64,000 bases of DNA from the NCBI GenBank assembly GCA_040326155.1, contig JBEQLE010000014.1, positions 1-64,000 of the forward strand. Reading direction: 5' to 3'. Position 1 is the stretch's first letter. Each line of letters starts with the position of its first letter. The translations under genes were made by a program, and so were the position numbers. The notes below the pieces were generated by a model that was not told the origin of the DNA, ran no database searches, and saw only the letters and a program-made list of their open reading frames with translations. This document shows, piece after piece, positions 30,910-42,100 of this stretch. The stretch comes from Leptospirales bacterium. Lineage in GTDB: Bacteria; Spirochaetota; Leptospiria; Turneriellales; JAOUFE01.

Positions 30910-31294
30910 AGAGGTATACTATATTGTTTATGATCAGGTGGCAATATTTATTTTTGTATTTATCATTTTGTCTTTTCTCTCGTTTTATTATACAACAAAC
31001 AAATAATAATTGACAATACTCTACATCTATGCAAAATGTGTCAGGCAAAAAATATGTTTTTCTTTAACAAATAGTCTTTCCAAAATAATCACATATCGGC
31101 TGAATTTGAGTCGATTCTATAGCGCTTTAAAAGCGTTTTTAAAACACATGCAAAGCGGTCGAACACAGTTACGTTTTGATTCTACGCTGGTTATTCTGAG
31201 AATTCGTTTCCATGCATTTTTGTAAACGATTTATAACAACAGAAACTGGTTTATACGAAACCTCGGACCGAGAAGATTTTTAGAGGAAAATAAC

Positions 31295-32683
31295 ATGAAA
31301 TTTAATTCAAAACCAATTCCAGAGCATAAAGAAGTTCCGTTAGCAGATGGTGGTCGCTGGGAAAACATTATAGAGCAGTGGACCGAAGCAGAGGCGCCGC
31401 ACCAAGAGCTGGAAAACACGAAAGGGAATTCTTGTTATGTACTTTCTGTGTACTCGGAGGCGGACCCCATAATTGCAAAAGCCCGTTTAGAGGAAATTTT
31501 AAATCTGGTTCAAGCACAGGCAGATATAATTGTCGGTAAAGAGGTATATTACCTGGCTAAACCAAACTCTCGAACACTTCTGGGTAAAGGCAAGGCAAGA
31601 GAAATTGCAGAAAGAGCGCGCTCTTGTAATGCCAACCTTCTTGTAATCGATGCACAATTGAGCCCTTCGCAAATGAGGAATTTAGAGGACATGACAAACA
31701 TGTCAATTTCTGACAGAGAGGGTATTATTCTAAATGTATTTTTACGCAATGCAAAAACGCGGCGCGCTAAAATACAAGTTGAGATTGCACAGCTAGAATA
31801 CCTGCGTCCGAGAATTCGCGGTATAGGAATGAACATGGACCAGCAGGCCGGCGGAATTTCAGGAGGGCGCGGAGCGGGGGAGACCGCCTCAGAACTTTTG
31901 GCCCGAAAAATAGATGGCAGGTTAGCTGAGTTCAAAAGAAAGTTAAAAAAAATGGAGACGGACAGCAAAGTACAGCGCAAGCAACGTTCGTCCTGCAAAA
32001 GAATCGTTCTGGTTGGCTATACAAATGCAGGAAAAACTTCTTTGATGAATGCACTTACGTCGGAAAAACTTTCTGCAAAGAATATGCCTTTTGAAACCTT
32101 AGACACAACCACTCGCAGCTTAAGTCGACATGGCGGCGATGTTTTGCTCAGCGATACGGTTGGTTTTATAAGGCAGCTGCCCCATCGCCTTCTTGCCAGT
32201 TTCGAATCTACTCTTGAAGAAATTCATGAAGCTTCTTTATTAATGATCGTCATCGATGTTTCTGATTATGAATGGAAAGAGCATCTAAAAATTACAGAAG
32301 AGATGCTGGAAAAACTGGGAGCGCAACAGATTCCCCGTTTTTACCTGTTTAATAAGTTAGATCGAATATCGTCGGAATCTGGCTCTATAAATTTTAAGGA
32401 ACATAGCAAAGAGTTTCCATTTCTGGCACTCAGCAGTAAAGATAAACCGGCAGTTAAAACTTTAAAACAAGAGTTGCTTAATAGAGTTCAGTCTGGTCAA
32501 GACACGCATAAAACAGTGAGTGTCTTTGCGCCATATGCGGCAACGCAGGTGGTCTCTCTCATCTACAGTAAATGTCGAGTTATAAAAAGGCAATTCGTGG
32601 AAGGCGGCCTAAAGCTGACAATACAGGGCGAGCGAAATATAATAGAAAATATTGAAAAACTTTCAGGGGTAAAACCCGAATGA
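31295..32683 (+). CDS. hflX: Ribosome-splitting GTPase HflX (divergent paralogue type)
   Basis: LSPSQMRNLE, QVEIAQLEYLRPR, GAGET, VGYTNAGKTS, FETLDTT, LSDTVGFI, NKLD. Confidence 0.92.
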   Translation: MKFNSKPIPEHKEVPLADGGRWENIIEQWTEAEAPHQELENTKGNSCYVLSVYSEADPIIAKARLEEILNLVQAQADIIVGKEVYYLAKPNSRTLLGKGKAREIAERARSCNANLLVIDAQLSPSQMRNLEDMTNMSISDREGIILNVFLRNAKTRRAKIQVEIAQLEYLRPRIRGIGMNMDQQAGGISGGRGAGETASELLARKIDGRLAEFKRKLKKMETDSKVQRKQRSSCKRIVLVGYTNAGKTSLMNALTSEKLSAKNMPFETLDTTTRSLSRHGGDVLLSDTVGFIRQLPHRLLASFESTLEEIHEASLLMIVIDVSDYEWKEHLKITEEMLEKLGAQQIPRFYLFNKLDRISSESGSINFKEHSKEFPFLALSSKDKPAVKTLKQELLNRVQSGQDTHKTVSVFAPYAATQVVSLIYSKCRVIKRQFVEGGLKLTIQGERNIIENIEKLSGVKPE

Positions 32684-32772
32684 AAGCGACACTTTTTGAA
32701 ATAGACCATCTCGATGTGATTACCCCGGAGGGCAGGGTTTATACTATGCGACGTCGCCGCCCAAATTATTAG
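32680..32772 (+). pseudogene. Truncated 5' end of a probable ABC ATPase gene
   Basis: ATGA overlap with the hflX stop; MKATLFEIDHLDVITPEGRV resembles the start of an ABC domain, then stops at codon 31. Confidence 0.45.
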
Positions 32773-32908
32773 TGTATTATTATGGATAGCGGAAAACTGC
32801 TCCCCGAGGTAGTTGGTCACTCAGGTTGAAGGTTATGAAATATATTACTATATTAATTAGAGTGTCTTTGGTGGCCATGTATATGTTTGATTATTTTAAG
32901 GAAGAAAA

Positions 32909-34945
32909 ATGTTTTCATTTAAAAAAGTTTTAATATTGGCTCTTGGTTTTTTTATACTGGTGGAATCGGCTGCGATACTGGCAAAAGCCGGTGCCGGTTT
33001 TCAGGAATCTTTGGATGTGTTGCAAGGGGCGAAAAGTGGTGACATCAAAAAAGTAAAGGCAGGTCTAAAGAAAGGGGTAAATGTAAATGTGCGATTTCAA
33101 GGTTATCCAAAAATTGAGAATAACCATACGCCATTGATGCTCGCCGCAAAATATGGTCACCTGGATATTGTAATACTATTGGTAGAAAAAGGGGCTATAA
33201 TTGATTATAAGAATCCGGACGATGACAAAGCCGCGCTCGATTATGCAAAAGAAAAGAAGTATAAAAAAATAGTTTCGTATTTAGAAGAGCAAAAAGACAA
33301 ATCAAATTCAACCACCACAACAAGTTCGACGAAAAAGAAGGATTATCTTACAGTATTAAAAGTCACCCCGAACGTAGATTCAAAATTAAAACCCGGTGAT
33401 GTTGTAGAATTTGTATTTAAATATAATATTCCGCGTTCTGATTCCCCCGGGCCATGCACATTAACCACGGCTTTTGACCATAAAATGGGGAAACGAAAGT
33501 TCGACACAAATACAATTTCACAAGAGAAAGGGGAGTTAAAATTATCGTATATAATAAGCGAATACGATCTGGCTACTCTTGCTTATGAACAAAAATTCGA
33601 AGCTGAGTTTGTATTAATTTGCCCGAACGCCGCTTATGGCGGTAAACTAAACACATACTTTCAAACGCTGCATCTTCAATTTACAAACGGTCAAACAAAG
33701 AAGACAAAAGTGCAGGTAGAGTATGACAAGGGTAATTCCATTTCGCCAAATCGCTTAGAAATATTATACGAAGATCGGGTTGTAAAATCGGGCGGTGTCA
33801 ATTTTGTTTTAGAAAAAGGGACAACGCTTATTTATCAACAAACTAAATACATTATAAATTCGGGAAAGTTAAAAGAGTCGGTAACGGCTGATGTCTATGG
33901 AAAGAAAATAGATCTGCAAGCAAAAACATACATTTATTTTGACAAAAAGGGTTTGGTGAAAGGTGGGACAGTGTCTAAAGCAACGCCTTTTAAATCGGGA
34001 ACGCATGAGTTTGTTTTACAAAAAGGCAGCTCTTTTGAATCTCTCGATAATGGAGTTTTATCGGTAGGTACCATTGATGCTGGTGCAAAAATAAGCCTCG
34101 CAGGCAAGAAATATAATATTGTCGCCCGAAGCAGGCTGGGCTTTTTTGCCGATGGCATAGTGAGAATTTTAGTGACAAAAGGTCCGTTGACTTTAACCGT
34201 TGGTAAACGGGATATTCCTTTGCCGGCCAATACCCAGGTGCTGGTGTACGAAAAAATCGATAAAATAAAAGAGATATACAACGTTCGAGAAACTTTTACA
34301 TTTACGGTAAAAAACAAGAAAGTTATTTTTGATCGAATGCTCGGAATTGTTTTTTATAAAAGCGGAGCTTTGCAATCGGGACTGCTTGAGTCGGCTGACA
34401 AATTTGATATGCACGGGCAGATAGTACCATGTTATAGAAGTGTAATGTCGTTTAACGAAGACGAGAGTTTCCAGAGTTGTAAAATTTCTGAAGCGATTAC
34501 CGTAAAACATTTGAATGATAACATAACGCTGAAAAAACTTTCACGGCCCTCTTTTTACCCAAACGGAATATTGCAATATGGAGTTATTGTTAAACCATTT
34601 GTCGCGAAATTCCAAGGCGGCTCGTTACATATTTCAGCAGGCAAAAACGTCTCTTTTTACAGGACGGGAATATTGCAGGGCGCTTTTTTAGAGCAAGATG
34701 AAAGTTTTACAATTGCTGGTAAAAAATTCCTTTTTGCGAAAGGCTCGCATATGAAATTCAACGATGACGGAAGTGCGCAGTACGGCTACACACTCAAGGC
34801 ACTACGCCTGAAGGATAAAAACAAAAAGTACAGCGTTCCCGCAAAATCGATGATCAAGTTTAATAAAAAAGGCAAAATTACCCATATTCGAACTTCCAAA
34901 GGTTTGGTAGAATTAACCGGCCCGGTAATTATACTGGAGAATTAA
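32909..34945 (+). CDS. Exported ankyrin-repeat protein with C-terminal MORN-like beta repeats
   Basis: Signal peptide; TPLMLAAKYGHLDIV.LLVEKGA; repeated F(Y)..G.LQ.G.L. Confidence 0.75.
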   Translation: MFSFKKVLILALGFFILVESAAILAKAGAGFQESLDVLQGAKSGDIKKVKAGLKKGVNVNVRFQGYPKIENNHTPLMLAAKYGHLDIVILLVEKGAIIDYKNPDDDKAALDYAKEKKYKKIVSYLEEQKDKSNSTTTTSSTKKKDYLTVLKVTPNVDSKLKPGDVVEFVFKYNIPRSDSPGPCTLTTAFDHKMGKRKFDTNTISQEKGELKLSYIISEYDLATLAYEQKFEAEFVLICPNAAYGGKLNTYFQTLHLQFTNGQTKKTKVQVEYDKGNSISPNRLEILYEDRVVKSGGVNFVLEKGTTLIYQQTKYIINSGKLKESVTADVYGKKIDLQAKTYIYFDKKGLVKGGTVSKATPFKSGTHEFVLQKGSSFESLDNGVLSVGTIDAGAKISLAGKKYNIVARSRLGFFADGIVRILVTKGPLTLTVGKRDIPLPANTQVLVYEKIDKIKEIYNVRETFTFTVKNKKVIFDRMLGIVFYKSGALQSGLLESADKFDMHGQIVPCYRSVMSFNEDESFQSCKISEAITVKHLNDNITLKKLSRPSFYPNGILQYGVIVKPFVAKFQGGSLHISAGKNVSFYRTGILQGAFLEQDESFTIAGKKFLFAKGSHMKFNDDGSAQYGYTLKALRLKDKNKKYSVPAKSMIKFNKKGKITHIRTSKGLVELTGPVIILEN

Positions 34946-35346
34946 GATTTTGACCAGTTTTCAACTTTAAGATCAGGTATTCGATTAAATTCTTTTTCAT
35001 TATTTGTAACTAAAGTCCGATCGCTTGTTAAAGTATGAGATGCGATTAACATATCCATATTGCCTATTGTTGTGCCTTTTCTTTCTAAATCAGCTCTAAT
35101 TTCACCATATTTCTCGCCGGCAATTTCATCGTATGGCAGTATAGTAAAGGGAGCCAGGAATTCCATTAAAGCTATTTTGTTTCTGGTTTGATGTTGACTT
35201 TTTGATACACCGTATTCCAACTCACTGTATGTTATGACTGAAATCGCTATATCCTGAATCGGCGTTTGGGTTAATCGTAGAATTACTGCGGCAGGTTGCT
35301 TTTTAATTATGTAAATACAGATATTCGTATCAAGTATATATTTCAT
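34942..35346 (-). CDS. vapC: PIN-domain toxin
   Basis: YILDTNICIY, ISVITYSELEYG, IGNMDMLIASH, LVTNNEKEFNRI. Confidence 0.95.
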   Translation of the reverse strand: MKYILDTNICIYIIKKQPAAVILRLTQTPIQDIAISVITYSELEYGVSKSQHQTRNKIALMEFLAPFTILPYDEIAGEKYGEIRADLERKGTTIGNMDMLIASHTLTSDRTLVTNNEKEFNRIPDLKVENWSKS

Positions 35347-35576
35347 TAAAAATTATTTTGTCTTTCTTGAGGCGGTGTATCGTCTCTTCGATTCATGAAA
35401 TCATCAGAAAATTTAGATAGACTTGTAAGCATGGAAGACCAGGGACTCTTTTTGGGAATCAATATAACGATATCGTCATACTTTTTTATATACACTTCTT
35501 CGCCATCAAACCTGCAATCTTTTGGTAATCGAACAGCCTGGCTTCGTCCATTTAAAAATAATTTAGCAATTTGCAT
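35346..35576 (-). CDS. vapB: AbrB-type antitoxin
   Basis: AKLFLNGRSQAVRLPKDCRF; 1-bp overlap with vapC. Confidence 0.95.
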   Translation of the reverse strand: MQIAKLFLNGRSQAVRLPKDCRFDGEEVYIKKYDDIVILIPKKSPWSSMLTSLSKFSDDFMNRRDDTPPQERQNNF

Positions 35577-36137
35577 TTTGAGTTCCTATGTTTACAGTAT
35601 ATACTATGATCTATACCACGTCAATAATTTAATTCAGTTTCGCCACTTCGTCTAATAAAAATGGAACTGCTGCGTCGGTTCTGAAGGCTTTGCTCGGCTT
35701 GCTTGGAATTGTTTTTCTAAATAGGAAGAGTACATTATTTTACCCAATAAAAGAATATCAGGTAAATAATTTCGATCGATTTATTAATAGAATGGAGTAC
35801 TGGTATGTCACCAATAAAGAAGAATTATTAAAGATCGGGCTTGTTTCAGTTTTTTCAGAAAAGATGGATACTCTTTTGAATAGATCGAATTTTTCACGAT
35901 TTTAAGGTGTATCCGATTATAGTGTATCCCAGAATAGGATATTATGCAAAATAAAAGGAAAACCAGCATGTATGTAGATGGATTGGAGGTTATCGGTTTC
36001 ATATTCCGATAATGTATTATATATATGAATTAATGTATAAATTCTGTTAGTAATATTCTTTTGGATTCGTCTATATAAATGATTAGAAATTTTGGATGAT
36101 CAGAAGATGGTTTATGAATATCAATAAGGGGAAAAAG

Positions 36138-39100
36138 ATGAAATTTACGAAAGAAGTTAAAGTTATTATACTTATACTAGGGATGGCATTTCTCGTTAAC
36201 TGCGGTGGCGGTGGCGGCACCAGTGGTAGTGGTGGCAGCGGAAGCGATACGACAGCCCCGGATGCTCCCTCAACCCCCGATTTAAACACCGCTGATGATC
36301 TTGGTGTCTCTTCTACAGACGACATTACCGCATTGCTCACAGGGGTTACTTTTGATGGAACAGCAGAGGCAGACTCAACTGTTGAAATCTACAAAGATGG
36401 AGTAGCAACCGGTGTAACAGGCACGGCCACCGGCGGAAACTACTCCATTGATCTTACGTTAACCGACGGGGTCTATGCCATTACTGCCATAGCGACCGAT
36501 TCATCTGGTAATGCCAGTTCAGAATCAACGGGTCTGAGTGTAACCATTGACAGCGCCGCACCCGGTTCTTATTCGGCGGGTACAAGTGGAGCAGTAAACC
36601 CGGTACTCTCGGTCGCCAGTGATACCGGCGTCAGCAGCGTTGACGGCGTAACAAATCTCACAACCGGCCTGGTATTTAACGGTTCTCTTGGAACAACCAA
36701 TCCAAATGCTGTAATAAACCTATATTCAGGCGGAGTTTTGGTGGGAACAGCCACTACCGATGTAAATGGCGATTATAGCTTAACGACAGGAGCAGTTAAC
36801 TCTGGTGCTATCACTTTTGTCATCATGACGCCATCAGGAATTTTATCTTCTTCTTTTGCTACATCCGTGACCCTGGGTATTGACGTTACAACCCCGACAT
36901 ACACAGCCGGCGTAGATGGTGCGGTAAATCCAGCGCTCGATTCAACAACCGATAATGGAATCAGCCAGACAGACACCATTACAAATATTTCAACCGGTCT
37001 TAAATTTCAGGGCTCCCTTGGTCTTGCCAATGCAAACGAATACGTAGAGGTCTTTGTTGGCGGAACTTCCGTAGGAACAACTCAGGTTGACGCAAGCGGA
37101 AATTATCTGCTTGGCCCGACAGTCATAGACGCCGGAGCAGGCGGCGCGGTTACTTTTGTAATCTCCGATGAGGCAGGCAACACAACAGGCAGCCTGGCTT
37201 CGGGAACAATAACCATCGAAAAAACAATCCCAGCTATATCTTCTTTCTCCTCTTCAACTGGTGTGGGCATTTATGGCATCGGCAGCAGCATTAATATTAC
37301 AGTGAATTTCACGGAAGCGGTTACCTTGTCCGGCGGTGGAAGTCTGGATATAACCTTGAATTCCGGTGCTGTTGTCTCTATAACCAGTATTGTAAATACG
37401 ACTCCTGCCAGTGTGACCTATGTTGTCGCCGGTGGGGATGCGGATGTGAATCCTCTGGATGTTGACAGCATCGCTTTAACAGGAACTTTAATTGATGAGG
37501 CTGGAAATAACGCGAATACGGTGCTACCGGCAGCGCCGACAAATAAACTGGCGGCAGAGTTAATTGAAGTGCTTACAACTGCACCTTCGATTTCAACTAT
37601 TACATCAACGATTGCACCAAATCCATATGGTATAGGTTCGGTAATCGATGTTACCGTAACGTTCGACGCCCTTGTCTCTTTAAGCGCGGGTTCGCTCGAT
37701 CTTACTTTAGACAGCGGCGGCTCTATATCTATTCCGGCAGCATCTATAACAAATACACTTACGGCAACGGGTAATTATACTGTGGCCGCAACCGAAGACA
37801 GCACCGATTTAGATGTTACCAACATTGTTGTAAATACCGGCGCGTTAACCGGAGATGGCTCCGGGGCCAATGTCGGTGTAGGTTTACCGGCCAGCAACCT
37901 TGCCAATAACGAAGCCATAGTCATCGATACGACGGCTCCAACTCTAACACCGGTAAGCATCGTTTCCGATAATGCCATCAATTCACTGGCAAAAGACGGC
38001 GATCTAATTACCGTGACCTTTACTTCCGATGAAGTTTTAACCCCCGACCCTGTGGTAACAATTGCCGGGAATGCGGCGACAGTTACCGACCTTGGCGGCG
38101 GAACAAGCTGGAAAGCTGAGTATACATTGGCGGGAACAGAAACCGAAGGGGACGTTCCTTTTAATATCGCTTTTTCTGATGTAGCCCAGACAGCGGCAAA
38201 TGCGGGAACACCCGTAACCGTTGTAACCGACTCTTCGAGTGTAACTTACGACAAGACACTACCGACGATTAGTTCGTCCAGTCTGGACAGCAGTAACGGT
38301 TTTATCGACCTTACTTTTTCAGAAGGGGTTTACCATACCGGTTCAACGCCTTTGACGGCGACAGACCTTACCCTGGCTTTTATTAAAGATGGAACAGGCA
38401 CAGGTTCAGCGACTAACGTTACCATACTTTCCATAAAAAAACCAGATTCGACGGTGAACGCAACGGCGTCAGCCTTAACTGGAAGTGAAACGGTAGTTCG
38501 TGTGTTTTTAACGGTCACAGGAACCCCGAATGGGTTTGAAACTATTGAGGTTCTGACAAAAGATGGCGGCTCGGCTGAATCTGTATTTGATCATTCGAGT
38601 AATGCATCTTTGGTTACAACCACAACTACAGCCGTTAATTTGAATAAGGCTTCAACGGTTGATTTTAACGTAACCTCTTCCTCAGGCTCAGAAACAAACG
38701 CTGACCATGTGGTTAATTTTCAACTCGATTTAGACGTTAGCTCAGCAACTCCAATTACTGTTAATTATACAATTTCCGGAAGCGGAACATACCCTGCAAC
38801 CGGCGGTAGCGTTGATTATGTTAATTCTACTTCTGTTGTAATTCTAGCAGGGAATACCACGTACGATTTACCAATAACCATAAAGGGCGACACAACCGAT
38901 GAGTTTGACGAAACCTATACGATTACCCTGACTACGGGAACCGGGTATATGCTGGGCACCAACACAACCTATACCTATACAATAACCGATGATGACGCAG
39001 CGCCAACCGTACAATTTACTGCGGCCAGTCAAAGCAGCGCCGACGAAACCAACTCGTCGACCTTGACGGTTACCGCTCAGCTTTCAGCTTTGTCAGGTAA

Positions 39101-42100
39101 AAATGTAGATGTACCGTTTACGCTGACCGGAACAGGAGCATTGAATACGGATTATACAATAACCGCGAGCCCTGTAAACATTTCAGCCGGGACATTGACA
39201 AAAGATGTGACGATTACAATTGTTGGCGATGTTCTCGATGAAGATGATGAAACAGCCATTATAACTATGGGTACGGCTACAAATGCGACGGCTTCGGGTA
39301 CGACCGTCCATACGGCAACTATAGTCGATGACGATGCCATGCCGACAGTTTCCATTAACAGTGTTTCTTTAAGTGAAGGCGACGCCGGCACAACCAGCTT
39401 TGTTTTTAATGTTACATTGAGCGCTGTGAGCGGTCGGACCACATCGGTAAAATATGCTACGGCTGATAACACGGCAACGCTTGCAGATACGGACTATGTT
39501 CAAATAACGCCTGCAACGCTATTGAGCTTCACTGCCGGGCAAACTACAAAAACAGTAACTGTCCTTGTAAACGGTGATAGCAATTCAGCAGAAGTCGATG
39601 AAACGTTTAATGTAGATTTAACCGTTCTTACAAATATCAACCCTACGGGAAGTACGGTACAGGGAACCGGAACCATTCTGAATGATGATACGTCTAACTC
39701 TTCGGTCTCTTTTGCGTCGGCGAGTTCCAGCGGTTCTGAGTCCGTGGCGGCACCAACATACGCAGTGAATTTAAGCCCGGCAGCTCCGGTAGGTGGCTTG
39801 ACTGTGTACTACACAATCACTGGAACAGGAACTTACCCTGCGACAAATGGCGGTACCGACTTTACCGGAACGGGTACCCTCTCGGTGATCGTACCGGCAG
39901 GTTTGTCTTCCTATAATATTACAGTTCCCGTAAACAATGACGCCTTAGATGAATTTGACGAAGATTTTACAATTAGTCTTTCTACCGACCCGGATGGGTC
40001 AACCGGTGGTCAGTATAATCTGGGCGCTCAAACAACCCATGGGTATACGATTACGGATAATGACGCAGTTCCACAGGTCTCTTTTCAGGTAAGCTCTACG
40101 GCAACGACCAATGAATCTACGGCATTAAATGTTGTTGTGAACCTTTCGTCGGTTTCTGGCAAAGATGTAACAGTCGACGTAAGTGACACAACCATTGGCG
40201 GTGTTTTATACGCTGTAGCGCCTGGTGATTACTCGTTAACCCGCACAAGCGGTATTCAGTTAACAATCTCTGCGGGCAACCCTTCTGCGAATGTTGTTCT
40301 TACTCCAGTAAATGACTCAACTGACGAGACAAACGGTGGACTTCAGGCAGGAGAGATGGTTACAATGAGCCTTTCGAATCCGGGCAATTCAACTCTGGGT
40401 GCAATTACCTCCCATACTGCTATGATTACGGATGATGACGGACAGCCAAACTTTTCTGTAACGGACGTGAGTGCTTTAGAAGCAACTGGAAGCGTAGATG
40501 TAACGATCACTTGTGTTGCGTTTAGCTGTACAGGCTTCACTGTAGACTATGCAACCGCAAATGGTACGGCTGTTGCAGGAACAGACTATACGGCAACAAG
40601 CGGTACGGCAAGTACCTGGACAGGCAGCGCTCCGAACTGGAGCAAAACAGTTACTATTTCCGTTACAAATGAGAGCCTGGCCGAGTCCGATGAAACTGTC
40701 TTGTTTAACCTTTCTGGAAACTCTGGCAGTTCCATCATTTCAAATGCTACGGCATTTATAACCATCACGAATGATGATACACCCTTAACAATCGCGAATG
40801 CGGATACCCTGGATTGTAACGGTGGTCAAAATGGAAAAATTGATACTTATAGAGTGGAATTAACTGAAGCTGTAACAGACAGTACATTTAATGGATATGC
40901 TTTGGACGCTGAAGGTTCTATAACCGGTAACTGGTTTGTGCTGGGTTATAGCAATGTCAGAATGATTCATGGAGCGGCTTTAAATGGGGAATGTGGAACA
41001 GATACCGAAGATGATACGTTTATCTACCTTCGTTTTGATGAAGGGACGGCTACCGACACAGGCGTTGTTCCCGATTTAACGGCTTCAGCCAGTACAATTT
41101 CGGCTACTTCTGGTCATGGCAAACTTTATTACAATACAGGTAACGTCGCTTCGGGTGATGTTGCCGAAGCTGACTTTGCTGGTCCTTATATCTGGAAAAC
41201 AGAAGCTTTTGATACAGGCGTAAATAACAACTCGGGAAATGCCGGTGCGGCAGATACGCTTATTGTATACTTTACCGAATCAACCAATGCGGCTGCTCTA
41301 AGCGGTGTAGATCTCGATACGATTTTTACACTGGGTGCTGGAAACTTCGCAGCAGACACCGATATTACATCTGCGACATGGTCTACGACAACCAATACGA
41401 ATGATACTTTGACAGTTGTTTTTGCCAACGGTGCGACAACTGTTGCTCCGGCAGTAACAGTTACTCTTATTGGAACTACCGTCACAGACGCCGCAGGTAA
41501 CAATCCCGGTGCCAGCATGCTCTCTGTTCCCTCTATAATTGGGGCTTTTGATACCGGTGAAAAAGGACCAACCGTTGTTTCCGCACAGTACATTGATACG
41601 GATACGAACGGTCGTATCGATCATGTGAAAGTTGATTTTGACCTGAATATACTCGATAGCAGCATTGACGGTTACGTCGATACCAATACTGTGGGGGCGG
41701 CTTCAACCACATGGAACGTAGCCGGTTACACCAACGCTCGAATTGACCCGACTTACTCTGCCGATGTTGACAATGACACAGTTGTCTATTTTCAGTTTGA
41801 TGAAGGTCTCGATTACGACACCGGCGCAAAACCGGATTTAACGGCAACAACAGCGTCGCTTACGGATAATGACGGAATTCAATGTTTTATCAATGAAACA
41901 TTGACTGAGTGTAACGGTGTACGAGCAACAAGCGGTAGCGTAATTACTACTACGGTAAATGAACTTGATGCGGCAAAACCGGTATTTGTTTCTGTAACCG
42001 CGAGAGTTGGCGACAGATACATCTTTGTGAAGTTCAGTGAAAACGTCTGGGGCCAGACCGGAGTTCCGGCTTGCGGTTCCGGCGGGGAACTTTCCAACGA

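Noticed and set aside
30497..31006. 169-aa plus-strand ORF
   Set aside because: Antisense shadow of the SiaC-like gene, with no motifs
35690..36002. Two short opposing ORFs upstream of the giant adhesin
   Set aside because: No motifs or clear SD; may be spurious or decayed
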